Positions 1 through 9,850 of a DNA stretch of 64,000 bases are shown in pieces. The DNA comes from an uncultured Deinococcaceae bacterium (GTDB lineage: Bacteria > Deinococcota > Deinococci > Deinococcales > Deinococcaceae): assembly GCA_964252075.1 (NCBI GenBank), contig CAXULY010000021.1:1-64000 (forward strand). The letters are read 5' to 3'. Both the position numbers and the translations under genes were made by a program. The notes beneath the pieces were generated by a model, which did not search any database, was not told where the DNA came from, and worked only from the letters and a program-made list of their open reading frames with translations. Each line of letters opens with the position of its first letter. Position 1 is the first letter of the stretch.

Positions 1-526
1 TGTCCTGCGCGATGCCGCTGAGCAGGCCGAGGAACCACATGTTGCTGATGCCGAGTTGGCGGAGGTCCACGCGGTTCGTGCCGGTGCGCAGCAGCCTGAG
101 CATGCGCGCGCTCGTGTTGAGCTGCGGCAGGAAGCGCCCGGCGCTCAGCTTCTCCACCTCGTCGCGCGTGGGGAAGCCGAGGCCGACGTTGATCTGCTGC
201 TTCACGTCCGCGCACAGCCACATGCTGCGGTTCAGGAGCTTCACCGTGAGGCCCGTCTGCGCGGCCTTCATGATCGCCACGCGGTGCCGGTACTGGCCGC
301 GCACCTCGTCGTACAGCGCGCGCTGGTACGGGTACGGTTCGAGCGTGAACTGCCGCGCGCCCTCCGGTTTCATGCCGGTCGTCGCGACCCACGACCCGAA
401 GTGGCGGAGTTCCTCCGGCGTGAACACCGGAGCGGGTGGCAGCATCTTCTCGCGGATGACGTCGTGGAAGTCCTCGGGCACGCCGGACAGCAGGAAGTCC
501 GCGGGCAGGAGGTCGCCGAGGCTCAC
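1..526 (-). CDS. Terminase large subunit, lambda GpA-type (partial, runs off the window)
   Basis: Not in the ORF track. Manual translation from GTG526 gives ...[14 protein letters not shown]...[14 protein letters not shown]..., matching the GpA-family PYQ and K-x-A-Q-x-G-x-T motifs. GTGA overlap with the upstream gene. Confidence 0.85.
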   Translation of the reverse strand, partial: MSLGDLLPADFLLSGVPEDFHDVIREKMLPPAPVFTPEELRHFGSWVATTGMKPEGARQFTLEPYPYQRALYDEVRGQYRHRVAIMKAAQTGLTVKLLNRSMWLCADVKQQINVGLGFPTRDEVEKLSAGRFLPQLNTSARMLRLLRTGTNRVDLRQLGISNMWFLGLLSGIAQD

Positions 527-1377
527 GCGCGCGCCTGCCCGTCCAGCCGCTCGCCCTGCCAGGCGCGCGCCGGCACCTCCGCCAGCTCGCGCTTCAGGCG
601 TTCCTGCAAGGCCTCCAGCGCGTTGGGGTCCAGTTGTTCCTGCAGGATGGTCATGAAGCGCTCGCTGATCTTCACGAACACGTCGAGTTGCCGCGCGCCC
701 GCGAGTTTCAGTTGCGTGTCGGCGCGCGTGCGGGCGAGCTTGATGAGGTTCGCGTGGCGCGCCTCGGTGCCGTTCGTGACCTTCACCATGAGGTGCAGCA
801 CCTCCGTCTGAAGCGCGACGGCGTGCTCGAACTCGGAGAAGCGGTCCAGTTGTTCGAGCACCTTCTCGACCGTGGGTTTCCCCTGCACGTCCTGCACCAT
901 CTGCCGCTGGAGCGTGCGGCTCGCCTTCAGCACCTCCTGCATGGCCTCCTGCACCTGCGTGGCATCCGGCGCGAGCTTGCGCAGCTCATCGAGGTACGCG
1001 CGCAGGTAGTACATGTCGTCATCCGTCGAATCCGGGTCGAGGCCCAGCTCCCGGTACCGCGCGACCGTCTCATCCACCCGCACGCCCGGAATGACCGCGT
1101 AGAAGCCATGCTCCACCGGACGGCCCGGCGTCCTCGGCGGGTCCTTGCCCGCCGCGACGGCCTCCGCGCGCACCTCCGGGTCCGTCTGCCGTTTGCTCGC
1201 CCCACCGTGCCGGTAGCACACCCGCGCGCCCTTCGAGGACACCGCGCTCGCCGGCAACCCGCAGTAACTGCACAGCCACTGCCACCCGCCCTTCGGGCCG
1301 CGCTTCACGCGGTCCGGCTGCGCGAGCGCCTCCGCGTCCGTGGGTGGCGTGAGGCCCGTCGTCTTCTTCTTCCCCAT
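523..1377 (-). CDS. Putative terminase small subunit
   Basis: CYRHGGAS (HGGxSTG-like) and PVEHGFYA motifs; directly upstream of terL. Start placed at ATG1377 by the late-promoter motif. Confidence 0.65.
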   Translation of the reverse strand: MGKKKTTGLTPPTDAEALAQPDRVKRGPKGGWQWLCSYCGLPASAVSSKGARVCYRHGGASKRQTDPEVRAEAVAAGKDPPRTPGRPVEHGFYAVIPGVRVDETVARYRELGLDPDSTDDDMYYLRAYLDELRKLAPDATQVQEAMQEVLKASRTLQRQMVQDVQGKPTVEKVLEQLDRFSEFEHAVALQTEVLHLMVKVTNGTEARHANLIKLARTRADTQLKLAGARQLDVFVKISERFMTILQEQLDPNALEALQERLKRELAEVPARAWQGERLDGQARA

Positions 1378-1718
1378 GCCGCCCACCCTGAGGCCCCGCG
1401 CGGGGGATGGATGCGCATGGACGCGCATGGACCAACCCACAGCCACCGCACGCGCGCCAGCACGAGCAAAAGCCCGCGCTGAGGGTCATGGCTGGAAGGC
1501 CGAATGGATGGCAGAGGGTGGATGGGCCATGGGGTTTCCCATGCGTCCATGCCCGTCCATCGGTGGGGTGGGCGTGGGTCGCGGTGCCGGGAGGGTCTGG
1601 AGCCCGTCATGGCCGTGCCCTCCCCTGCGTGATTTGACCCCCCGAGTGTGGCGGTGCGCTCGGGGGGTCGGTGGGGCGATTCGGTTGCGGGGTGCGCGTG
1701 GGTTCGCTCAGGTGTGTC

Positions 1719-3143
1719 TTACAGGTGGTCGAGGCGGATGGTGATGCTGGCGTCCGGGTCGGGCTGGGTGCCGCAGCCGTAACCGACCACCGCGCCCTTC
1801 ATCCCGTCGCCCTCGCTGTCGTCCTCGGCATCCCCGAAGTACGGGTACGTGGGGTGCTGGACGCGCCGGGCGGTCTGCTGCGTGACGACCTTCGCGCTGA
1901 ACGCGAGCGCCACGACCTGCTCACCGTACCGGGTCGTGTGGGTGCTGGCGCCCAGCACGTTCGTGAGGTACGTTCCGGCGGGGCCGTTCACCTCCACCTC
2001 GTACGGGCGGCCGGAGCGGTCACGCCTGATCGTGAAGTGCTCCAGCGCGAGCGTGCGCGGCTCCGCCTGATCGGGACTGGGGTACAACTCCTCCGCGCCG
2101 CAGCCGTCGCAATCCGCGTCGCAGTTGCACTCCGAGGTGGCCGCGTGCTTGATCGCGCCCTGCATGGCTTCCTTGGCGAATGTTGTCCACAGGTCCCCAA
2201 TGGACAGACCGGCGGGCACGCGAATCATCATAGAGAGGAAGGCTTTTAGGAACTCCTCCTGCGCAGCCGTACGAGGCGCGGCGATCAGCACGCTCTCACT
2301 GCTGAGCAGCCGATCAAATGCCACTCGGTCAAGTCCCTCAGGTTCCGGCTGCCCGACATGCTGGGCGAGCATCGGGTACAGGTAGTGCAACGTATATGGG
2401 TTGCCTTCAGGGAGGCCACGACGCGTCATCAGCTCACGTTCCAGTTGCCACGTCTCGAACGCCTCGAAGGGGTCTTTTTTGGCGGGCGTGTCGGAGGGCA
2501 CCTTGCTGAGACTCGTCAAGTCATCAACGGCGTTTTGCAGCAGGTCATCGGCGCTACCGGTGTCCCCTTGTGTGTCGCCACCGTCCTGCGGTCCCTCCTC
2601 GCTTTCGGACGCCGAGCGCGAGGTGATGTTCCCTTGGGGGTCGTGGGCGTCCTGATCGAAGTCGTAGTTCGGGACGGCGAAGGAGCTGAGCCTCTGGGGC
2701 AGCACCCGCACCTCAAGCCCTTCCGGAACCACGATGGGGCCGCGCGCCTGCGGGTCAGCGCTCAGCACGTGGGCTTCAACGGCGGGGGGCAGCAGGTCGC
2801 GGCGCAGGTGCACGAGCTTCCCCTGCACGGTCACGCCGATGACGTCGCCTTCCACCGCGAGGGCGCTGCCCGAGCCGGTCTGCAGCACGAACACGGCGGA
2901 CGGGTCGTACGGCCGCCCGAGCGTCTCCAGGGCCGCGATGCTTTCGCCCAGCTGGTCGTACGCGAGCAGTTCGTTGCTGGTGTGGGCGTTCACGATGAAC
3001 AGGCGCGCGAGGCGCACCGTGATGAACTCGCCGGGCTGGAGTGTCATGACCTGGCGGAACGTCTGGTCCGGGACGGCGGTGGTGAACGCCTTGAAGTCCT
3101 CTTTGGACGTGATGCCGGCCTGTGCTTCTTTTTCTTCGTTCAT
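1719..3143 (-). CDS. Hypothetical protein (474 aa)
   Basis: Long ORF with plausible composition and an upstream SD-like GAGAAGGA. Confidence 0.7.
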   Translation of the reverse strand: MNEEKEAQAGITSKEDFKAFTTAVPDQTFRQVMTLQPGEFITVRLARLFIVNAHTSNELLAYDQLGESIAALETLGRPYDPSAVFVLQTGSGSALAVEGDVIGVTVQGKLVHLRRDLLPPAVEAHVLSADPQARGPIVVPEGLEVRVLPQRLSSFAVPNYDFDQDAHDPQGNITSRSASESEEGPQDGGDTQGDTGSADDLLQNAVDDLTSLSKVPSDTPAKKDPFEAFETWQLERELMTRRGLPEGNPYTLHYLYPMLAQHVGQPEPEGLDRVAFDRLLSSESVLIAAPRTAAQEEFLKAFLSMMIRVPAGLSIGDLWTTFAKEAMQGAIKHAATSECNCDADCDGCGAEELYPSPDQAEPRTLALEHFTIRRDRSGRPYEVEVNGPAGTYLTNVLGASTHTTRYGEQVVALAFSAKVVTQQTARRVQHPTYPYFGDAEDDSEGDGMKGAVVGYGCGTQPDPDASITIRLDHL

Positions 3144-3235
3144 GCGTTCCTTCTCTCATTCGGCGCGGGGGGTCGGGCGTGAGTCCTGCCCCGGGGGGTT
3201 TCACTCAGCTCAAGCCGGGGCGAGCGCAGCGGGAT

Positions 3236-3829
3236 TTACTTCTGGCGAAGGCGGCGGAAGATGAGGACGCCGAGGGTGCGTTCCGTGAGGTCCGCGATGT
3301 CATACCGGTAGGTGCGGCTCTCGTGCGTCCACGCGCGCACCTGGGGCATGGCGCACAGCGCAACCTTCAGGAACGTGCGCAGCTCGGTCTCCGTGAGTGT
3401 GGCGGCATCGTGGGCGCCCACGAAGGCCATGCACAGGTTGCTTCCCACGTCACTCAGGCCATCCGGGAGCGTGTTGACCGAAAAGGGGTGCGTCACGATG
3501 GCTTCCATGAACGCCGACACGACTTCCTTCTCGGTGAAGCGCGGGGTGGGCGGCTGTTCTTCCTGGCGCCGCGCGTCGCTCATGGCGTTGCCGTACGCCC
3601 TCACGTCAATTTGGTACCCGACGCCGATGAAGCGGACGGTCATGGAGCGCGCCGACGGGTCCAACCACGGCGTGTTGCTCTGGGTGTCTCGACTGTAGCT
3701 GTGGATGCGGGCGCGGTGCGGCGCGGCTGGCTCGGCTTCCAGGTCGCGCGCGGCGGCGCGCAGCAAGGCGCTCAGGCCGAGTTCAACGCACTCTTGCTCG
3801 ACGGTGCTGGCGGGTGGGTTCTGCGTCAT
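3236..3829 (-). CDS. Hypothetical protein
   Basis: ORF with SD (GAGGA) in the leftward operon. Confidence 0.65.
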   Translation of the reverse strand: MTQNPPASTVEQECVELGLSALLRAAARDLEAEPAAPHRARIHSYSRDTQSNTPWLDPSARSMTVRFIGVGYQIDVRAYGNAMSDARRQEEQPPTPRFTEKEVVSAFMEAIVTHPFSVNTLPDGLSDVGSNLCMAFVGAHDAATLTETELRTFLKVALCAMPQVRAWTHESRTYRYDIADLTERTLGVLIFRRLRQK

Positions 3830-3926
3830 GGGGTCCTCTTCTCTTGGGGGGTTTCACCCAGCTCAGGCCGGGGCGGGGGCGAGGTGAGGGCGCGGGGTGG
3901 GGAGCGGGGCCGCGCTGTTCTGGGGT

Positions 3927-4382
3927 TCAATCCGCCGCCTGCTCGTGACGGATTTCCCCCCGGCTCCGCATCAGGCCGAGCACCTGCCCGACCCGCTCAC
4001 GCCCCACGTTCACCGCGGCGCCCACGCTCATGTGGTTCACGCGGCCCAGGTTCACGCCCAAGCCCTGCAGCGCCGGCATGGACACGGGCACCGGGAGGCG
4101 GCCCAGCGCGTGCGCCCACACGTTCGCGACGCCCACCTCCAGGTCCCGCGGCGTCACGTGCGGCGTCGACGCCACCGCGGCGGTCAGCGCCACGCAATCG
4201 CACGGCTCCATCAGCTGCGCGAGGTCCGCCGGGAGGGCGCCCGCGCCCGGCCACGTGCCGCCCGGCACGAGCGGCACGCTGAACCGCGCGCCCACCACCA
4301 CGCACACGCCGTCCAGCACCGTGAAGGGCTCCATGAAGTTCGGGCCCGGCACGGGCGCGTGGTGCGGCACCCCGCGCGTCAC
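3927..4382 (-). CDS. Hypothetical protein
   Basis: GTGA overlap with the upstream kinase gene. Confidence 0.55.
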   Translation of the reverse strand: MTRGVPHHAPVPGPNFMEPFTVLDGVCVVVGARFSVPLVPGGTWPGAGALPADLAQLMEPCDCVALTAAVASTPHVTPRDLEVGVANVWAHALGRLPVPVSMPALQGLGVNLGRVNHMSVGAAVNVGRERVGQVLGLMRSRGEIRHEQAAD

Positions 4383-4984
4383 ACGCGCCCCACGGCGCGC
4401 AGCGCGTCCATGATGACCGCGAGGGCGTCCTCAGTCGTCCACTGCCCGGCGACGTGTGCGGCGGGGATGTACCCGCCGCGGTCGTGAGCGACCCGCAGGC
4501 GCGCGACGTTCAACTCGCGCACGCCATTTACCTCACGCACGATGGGCAGCGGGTGCTCCAGGGCGTTCTCAGGGTCCGTCCCGTCCCGTTGCAGCGTGAC
4601 CATGAACGCGTCCCCGTTCGTCATGAACGCGAACTCGTTGAGGTGCCGCACGTCATCCACGATCACCCACGCCCACTCGTGGCGGCGGGCGTCCTGCGCG
4701 CGGTCTGCCCACTCCCGCAACCAGTGGTCCATGCCGTGTTCCTGGCGCATCGCCCAGCCGAGCGCCCGCATGTAATCCCGCAGGTGTGACGCAGTCGGCT
4801 TGGCGCGCACCACGGAGAGTGGGAGGCGCAGGTGGCGGGCGGTGTCTTCCTTCAGGGCGTCCGCGAGGGCAATGCGGAACACCGGGCCGGGCAGCGCGTG
4901 CACCAGCGCCTCCGCGAGGGTGCTTTTCCCCACGCCGTCATGGCCGCTGATCGCGATGACGCGCGCGAGCAGGCCGGGCGTCAC
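4379..4984 (-). CDS. Deoxynucleoside monophosphate kinase-like P-loop protein
   Basis: VIAISGHDGVGKST P-loop, ALADALKE, LRDYMRALG and VIVDDVRHLNE follow the phage dNMP kinase pattern. Confidence 0.8.
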   Translation of the reverse strand: MTPGLLARVIAISGHDGVGKSTLAEALVHALPGPVFRIALADALKEDTARHLRLPLSVVRAKPTASHLRDYMRALGWAMRQEHGMDHWLREWADRAQDARRHEWAWVIVDDVRHLNEFAFMTNGDAFMVTLQRDGTDPENALEHPLPIVREVNGVRELNVARLRVAHDRGGYIPAAHVAGQWTTEDALAVIMDALRAVGRV

Positions 4985-5472
4985 CGGAGCCTCGCTTCCA
5001 GCGACGTGAGGTGCACGGCGCCGGGCGCGCTGCGCGACACGTCCGCCCACGTGCGGCCCGCCGCCGGGGCGAGCAGCAGCAGATCCAGGTACACGGTGTC
5101 GGCGCCGTGGTCGTCCCGCACGACCTCCTCACGCACGAACGGCACGAGGCCCTGCGCGAGCTCCGCGAGCGCGCGGCGCTTCAGGTTCAGCATGAACGCC
5201 CCGCCATCCCCCTCCGCGTACCGCATGGCCGCGTGGCTGACGGCCTGCGCCATGCGGAGTTTCCGCACCTCGAACGTGCCCTCCAGCAGCACGCGGTGGT
5301 TGCGCAGCGCCTCCACTTCCCACAGGAGCGACGCGATGAGGCGGTCGGCGCTGCTCTTATGCGCCTGCGCGTCCGTGCGCGCGCGCTGGAGGTCGCGCTC
5401 CACGTCGCGGCGCGTGCGGCGCGGGCGGTAGGGGCTGCCCGGGTTGCGCGGGGCGTTCGGGCGGTGCTTCAT
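4981..5472 (-). CDS. Hypothetical protein
   Basis: MKHRPNAP... start; 4-nt overlaps with both neighbours. Confidence 0.55.
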   Translation of the reverse strand: MKHRPNAPRNPGSPYRPRRTRRDVERDLQRARTDAQAHKSSADRLIASLLWEVEALRNHRVLLEGTFEVRKLRMAQAVSHAAMRYAEGDGGAFMLNLKRRALAELAQGLVPFVREEVVRDDHGADTVYLDLLLLAPAAGRTWADVSRSAPGAVHLTSLEARLR

Positions 5473-5915
5473 CGGCGGCCACGCCGGTTCGAGCCCGGCA
5501 GCGCGGCGATCAGGCAGCCGAACAGCAGCGCCACCAGCGCGAGGAAGCCCACGACCTGCCAGAACACCGACACGTGCCGCCGCGGCTGCACGATCACCTG
5601 TGGGGGCGCCGTGTACGCGCTGGCGTTCCCCACCCACACGATGCTGTGCCGCTGCTGGTACGTGGGCGTGAGGACGGGGTGGATGTTCACGACGGTGGTG
5701 CGGCGCGGCGCGGGCACGCGGATGGGCCGCGCGGGCGTGAGGGTGGGGCGCGCGCGCCAGGTGGGCGCGCTGAAGTGCGTGGTGCGGGTGGTGCAGCGCG
5801 TGCTGGTCGTGCGGCTGCTGGAGCGCCCGCCGAAGCCACCGCCGGAGCGCGTGGACGCGAGGGCGGGCGTGGCGAGCAGCAGCAGGGCGAGCAGGATGGG
5901 GCGGGTGCGGTTCAT
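5469..5915 (-). CDS. Membrane/exported protein with signal peptide and C-terminal TM helix
   Basis: MNRTRPILLALLLLATPALA signal, RSGGGFGG segment, TM FWQVVGFLALVALLFGCLIAAL. Confidence 0.65.
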   Translation of the reverse strand: MNRTRPILLALLLLATPALASTRSGGGFGGRSSSRTTSTRCTTRTTHFSAPTWRARPTLTPARPIRVPAPRRTTVVNIHPVLTPTYQQRHSIVWVGNASAYTAPPQVIVQPRRHVSVFWQVVGFLALVALLFGCLIAALPGSNRRGRR

Positions 5916-6283
5916 ACGGCCTCCGGGAGGGGCGTGGGGGTACTGATGTGGAATGTCCAGCCGGTCGCGGCGGCGCCGCGGTGCAGGTGGGGCGACACGA
6001 AGTCCATGCGGACCGTGAAGCGCTGCGGCGTGAGGTGACGCGCGTGCGGCGTGACCGTGACGGTGTAGAGGGCGCCCGCAACGCGGTGGTGAATGGTGCA
6101 CGCGATGGCCGCCACGTCCTCCAGTCGTTCGTAATCCGTCGGGGCGCCCGCCGCCTTGAGGGCCGCCTGCAGTCCCTTTTCCATCGCGTCATTCAGGGCG
6201 GTGTTGACCTTGCGAATCATGGCGACGCTCGCGGCTTCCATCTCGGCGCTGAGCAGCGCGGCAGGGCGGGTGGGTAAGGTCAT
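5912..6283 (-). CDS. Hypothetical protein
   Basis: Coupled ORF in the operon. Confidence 0.55.
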   Translation of the reverse strand: MTLPTRPAALLSAEMEAASVAMIRKVNTALNDAMEKGLQAALKAAGAPTDYERLEDVAAIACTIHHRVAGALYTVTVTPHARHLTPQRFTVRMDFVSPHLHRGAAATGWTFHISTPTPLPEAV

Positions 6284-6489
6284 GCGGGCCTTCCGTGCGC
6301 GTCCTCGAAGGTCGTGAGCTCCACGAACAACGAGTTGGCGCGGTCAATGTCGGCGGTCGTGACGGTGCCCTGCTCGATGGCTTCCACGGGCACGCGGATC
6401 TTCGGGGGTTGCATGCAGACGTTCGCGTGCCCGTGCCTGGTCGTGACGCGCGAGCTGAGCGCGATGAGGAAGCGCGTGACCTCACTCAC
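6280..6489 (-). CDS. Small hypothetical protein
   Basis: GTG6489 overlaps the stop of the upstream gene. Confidence 0.5.
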   Translation of the reverse strand: MSEVTRFLIALSSRVTTRHGHANVCMQPPKIRVPVEAIEQGTVTTADIDRANSLFVELTTFEDAHGRPA

Positions 6490-7199
6490 CCGAGCACGTC
6501 CGTCAGGGTGGGGTCGCGCAGCGTGACGCCTTCCGACGCGAGCGCCGCGACGGCGCTCATCTCGCGCCACACGTGCGCGGGGCCGTGGTTCAGCAGGAGC
6601 GCGAGGGCGCGCAGGCTGTCCATGGGGGCGAGCCCGGCGAGGTGCGCGAGGCGGTCCGCGCCACGCTCCAGGTCATCCGCGAGGTCCGCGGGCAGGTCCA
6701 CGAAGGGCTTGCGCCACTTGCGTTCCGGCGCGGGGGTGGGCGCAGCCTCGCCCGACTCGGCGGGCGTGTCCTGCGGCTTCTTGTGGGCGTCTTCGAGGCG
6801 CTTCTCCAGGTAGCCGCGCAGGTCCGGACCGGTGTATGCGAGCGCTTCAGTGGTGATGTGCTGCACGGGGCGGATGTACGCGGTCGCCACGTCCCCGATC
6901 AGCGCGACCGTCTCAGGGTCGGTGATGTGGTCGAGTTCGGGCGCCTGCATGGCGCGCCCCCCGAGGGACCGCAGGACGAGGCCCACGCGGCGCGCGAGGC
7001 GGATGGTGCGCGGGGTGACGTGCTGCCCGTGCTCGCGGCGCAGCAGCTCACTGAGTTTCGCGGCGCTCATGGGGCGCGCGCCATCCAGCTTGTCGATCGC
7101 GCGCGCGAGGTCGTCCGTGGCGGCGCGGGTGAGTTGCAGCGCGCCGTGCACGCGCGTGGCGTCCTCCGTCGGCACCGCGAACGGCAGGGGCATCGTCAT
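6486..7199 (-). CDS. Hypothetical protein
   Basis: MTMPLP... start with SD GGAGGA; coupled ORF. Confidence 0.6.
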   Translation of the reverse strand: MTMPLPFAVPTEDATRVHGALQLTRAATDDLARAIDKLDGARPMSAAKLSELLRREHGQHVTPRTIRLARRVGLVLRSLGGRAMQAPELDHITDPETVALIGDVATAYIRPVQHITTEALAYTGPDLRGYLEKRLEDAHKKPQDTPAESGEAAPTPAPERKWRKPFVDLPADLADDLERGADRLAHLAGLAPMDSLRALALLLNHGPAHVWREMSAVAALASEGVTLRDPTLTDVLG

Positions 7200-7375
7200 G
7201 GGCGGTTCCTCCACAGCTCCGCGAGGTGCAGGGCGATGACGGTCAGCAGGGCGCCCACGCCGATCACCATCGGGAGGCCGTGCGCGTGGCCGCCCACCCA
7301 CAGCGCCACGCCGAACGCCAGGACGTTCAGGACCAGCACGGCCCACCACGCGCGGCGGCTCAGGGGGCGCTTCAC
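7196..7375 (-). CDS. Small two-TM membrane protein
   Basis: VKRPLSRRAWWAVLVLNVLAFGVALW...MVIGVGALLTVIALHL; SD GAGGA. Confidence 0.55.
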   Translation of the reverse strand: MKRPLSRRAWWAVLVLNVLAFGVALWVGGHAHGLPMVIGVGALLTVIALHLAELWRNRP

Positions 7376-8598
7376 GCGGTCCTCTTGAAGCGCTGAACCA
7401 TGCCGGGCAGCTCCGCGACGAGGCGCAGTTCCTGGAGGCCCTTCAGGACGTTCAGCGCGGCGGTCTTGTCCAGGCCGAGCGCGAGTTTCCCGATGCGGTC
7501 GGGCGTCTCGCCCTGCGGGTGCTGCGCGAGGAACAGCAGCACGCGGCCCTGCAGGCTGTCGGCGCTCATGCCGTCCGGGAGGGGCGTGGGGGCGGGGCGG
7601 TTCACCGTGACGCCGGTGGGCGCGCCGGGCGTGTCGGTCCAGCTGCGCGCGTGGTAGTACGTGAGGCCCTGCTGGCGGCGCGAGCCGATGAGGCCCGCCG
7701 TGGCGGCGCGCGTGAGGGCCGCGTCGAGCAGGGTGTGCGTGTGCGGGTGCCAGGCGGGCACGCGGCGTTGCCATTCGCTCGTGCGGAGGCTCAGCGCGGG
7801 GTTCGCTTCGAGGGCGGCGCGCACGTCTTCCGCCGGGAGGACGGCGGACGGCGGGGGTGGGACCACGTGACCTTCGGGCGCGGCGCCGCGGCGGTACAGG
7901 CCGGGCTCGCCGTGCGCGTTGCGCCGGACGAGGTGCAGGGCCTTCTCCGTCATGAGGCGCGCGACGGCCGCGCTGACGCCCGAGGTGGACACGCCGCTGG
8001 CGGTGATGAGGTCCTTGAGGGTGAACGTCTCGCCTTCGGTCGCGGCGCGCAGCACCTGCCGGACGCGCTCCACGTTCGTGAGCGCCGGGGCGGGCGCGGG
8101 GGGCGTCACGTGGGAGAAGGTGTCCTCTGTCCGCTCGGGCGTTGGGGCGGGCGGCGCCACCTCGGCCTCTCCCCCACTGGCGGGCGGGGCCTCTTCGGGC
8201 GCCTGCACCTCTCCCCCACCGGGCGCGGCGTCCTCTGCTGGCGTCTCTTCGGGCAGGTGCGCGAGGCACGCCTCGGCGTCGTCCGGTCGGTGCGGGGGGT
8301 TGAGGGTGATGGTCGTGCCGGGCGCCGGGGCGCCTTCGGCGGGCATGGGGATGACGCCCCAGTAGAAGGTGCCGCGCCCGTCGCCCACTGGGGGCTCGGG
8401 TTCGTTCACGACGCTGGCGAGCAGCGCGCGGAGGTTCTGAAGGCGAGCGGTGTTCGTCTGCGCGACCTGGAGGCGCGCCGTGAGGTCCGCGAACTGGCGT
8501 TCGGCGTCGCGCACCGAGCGCGTGAGGGTGTCGAGTTCCGCCTCGTCCTGTTCCCAGGCGCGCACGAGGTTGCTGATGGGTTCTTGCAGGAGTTCCAT
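7372..8598 (-). CDS. Coiled-coil plus winged-helix-like protein
   Basis: N-terminal coiled coil; FTLKDLITASGVSTSGVSAAVARL and a C-terminal wHTH-like segment. Confidence 0.55.
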   Translation of the reverse strand: MELLQEPISNLVRAWEQDEAELDTLTRSVRDAERQFADLTARLQVAQTNTARLQNLRALLASVVNEPEPPVGDGRGTFYWGVIPMPAEGAPAPGTTITLNPPHRPDDAEACLAHLPEETPAEDAAPGGGEVQAPEEAPPASGGEAEVAPPAPTPERTEDTFSHVTPPAPAPALTNVERVRQVLRAATEGETFTLKDLITASGVSTSGVSAAVARLMTEKALHLVRRNAHGEPGLYRRGAAPEGHVVPPPPSAVLPAEDVRAALEANPALSLRTSEWQRRVPAWHPHTHTLLDAALTRAATAGLIGSRRQQGLTYYHARSWTDTPGAPTGVTVNRPAPTPLPDGMSADSLQGRVLLFLAQHPQGETPDRIGKLALGLDKTAALNVLKGLQELRLVAELPGMVQRFKRTA

Positions 8599-8606
8599 GG
8601 TTGACC

Positions 8607-9707
8607 TCAGACGCGCAGCGGCACGACGACCGCGAGGAGGCCCTCGTCGCTGGCGTCGCGCAGCGCGAAGGGGGTGGTGGAGCCGCTGAAGCTGAGCTGT
8701 GCGTCCCCGCGGATGGGCGCGAGCGCTTCCAGCAGGTACTTGCTGTTCACGCCGAGCGACAGGGCGCCGTCGGGGCCGCTGGGCGCCACGTCGAGGGTGT
8801 CCTCGGCGCGGCCGTAGTCGCCTTCCGCGTTGAGGCGCAGGCGGTCCTCGCTGAGCAGGAGCTCCACGCGGTTGTTGGCGTTCTTGTCCGCGAGGATGCC
8901 GACGCGGGCGAGGCTCTCGCGGAGCGTGGCGGCGCTGCACGCGAAGCCCGCGCGGAGGTCCTTGGGGATGACGCGCTCGTACGGCGGGAAGTCGCCGTCC
9001 ATGAGCTTCACGCGGTACGCGATGTTCGGCGCCGTGACCGTGAGGGCGCCGTCGTGGACGCTCAGGTCGAGGCGCTCGGCGCCTTTCGTGGCGCGCGCGA
9101 GGTCACGCAGCGCGCCCGCCGGGATGATGGCCTTGAGGGTGGGGCCGTTCGTTTCGGGGATGTCGTACACCGCGAGGCGGAAGCCGTCACTCGCGGCGAG
9201 GCGCACGCGGGCGGGCGTGGCGTCCAGCAGCACGCCGCGGAACACCGCCTGGAAGGCCTCGGTGGCGCTCGCGTACTCCACGGCGTCCACGGCGCGCGCG
9301 AAGGCCTCCCCGTACAGCGTGAGCACCTCGCCCTGGTGGTCGAACGCGAGCTCCGGGTACAGCGCGGGGTCGCCGAGCTGGAGTTTGAAGTCCGAGCCGC
9401 TGGCGCGCACCGCGATTTCGTGGCCGCGCAGTTCCAGGCTCACGAGTTCCGAGCCGAGGTTGCGGACGATCTGCTCGAACAGGTGCGCGGGCAGCACCAC
9501 GTCCACGTCCTGCGCGCCGATGCCGATTTCCGCCGGGAGGGCGAGGCGCACGTCGACGTTCAGGTTCGTGCCGCTGAGTTCCAGGCCGCTGTGCGTGGCG
9601 CGCAGCCGCAGCTGCGTGAGCGCGGGGTTGCTGCTGCGCGTCGGGACGACCTTGGTGGTGGCCGCGAGGGCGCCCGCGAGGGCCTTTTTGGTGGTGTTGA
9701 TGTTCAT
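8607..9707 (-). CDS. dnaN: DNA polymerase III beta sliding clamp
   Basis: LSGTNLNV, AASDGFRLA, DGDFPPYERVIP, ADKNANNRVE, VNSKYLLEAL and C-terminal VVPLR; resembles Deinococcus DnaN as recalled. Confidence 0.95.
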   Translation of the reverse strand: MNINTTKKALAGALAATTKVVPTRSSNPALTQLRLRATHSGLELSGTNLNVDVRLALPAEIGIGAQDVDVVLPAHLFEQIVRNLGSELVSLELRGHEIAVRASGSDFKLQLGDPALYPELAFDHQGEVLTLYGEAFARAVDAVEYASATEAFQAVFRGVLLDATPARVRLAASDGFRLAVYDIPETNGPTLKAIIPAGALRDLARATKGAERLDLSVHDGALTVTAPNIAYRVKLMDGDFPPYERVIPKDLRAGFACSAATLRESLARVGILADKNANNRVELLLSEDRLRLNAEGDYGRAEDTLDVAPSGPDGALSLGVNSKYLLEALAPIRGDAQLSFSGSTTPFALRDASDEGLLAVVVPLRV

Positions 9708-9850
9708 GCGATCTCCTGCGAGATGTACCGCTGCTTGCAGTGCGGGCACGTGACGGCGTTGAGCGTGGTGGGCGGGACGGGCTTCTTGCACACGTCGCAC
9801 GTGAAGCCCTTGCGGAGCTCCGCGGTGGTCTTGACCATCACGGCCGCCAT
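9704..9850 (-). CDS. Small zinc-ribbon protein (48 aa)
   Basis: CDVC...CPHC. Confidence 0.6.
   Translation of the reverse strand: MAAVMVKTTAELRKGFTCDVCKKPVPPTTLNAVTCPHCKQRYISQEIA

Noticed and set aside
3193..3222. Hammerhead ribozyme (CTGA...GAAAC on the minus strand)
   Set aside because: Lacks the CUGANGA core and the three required stems.
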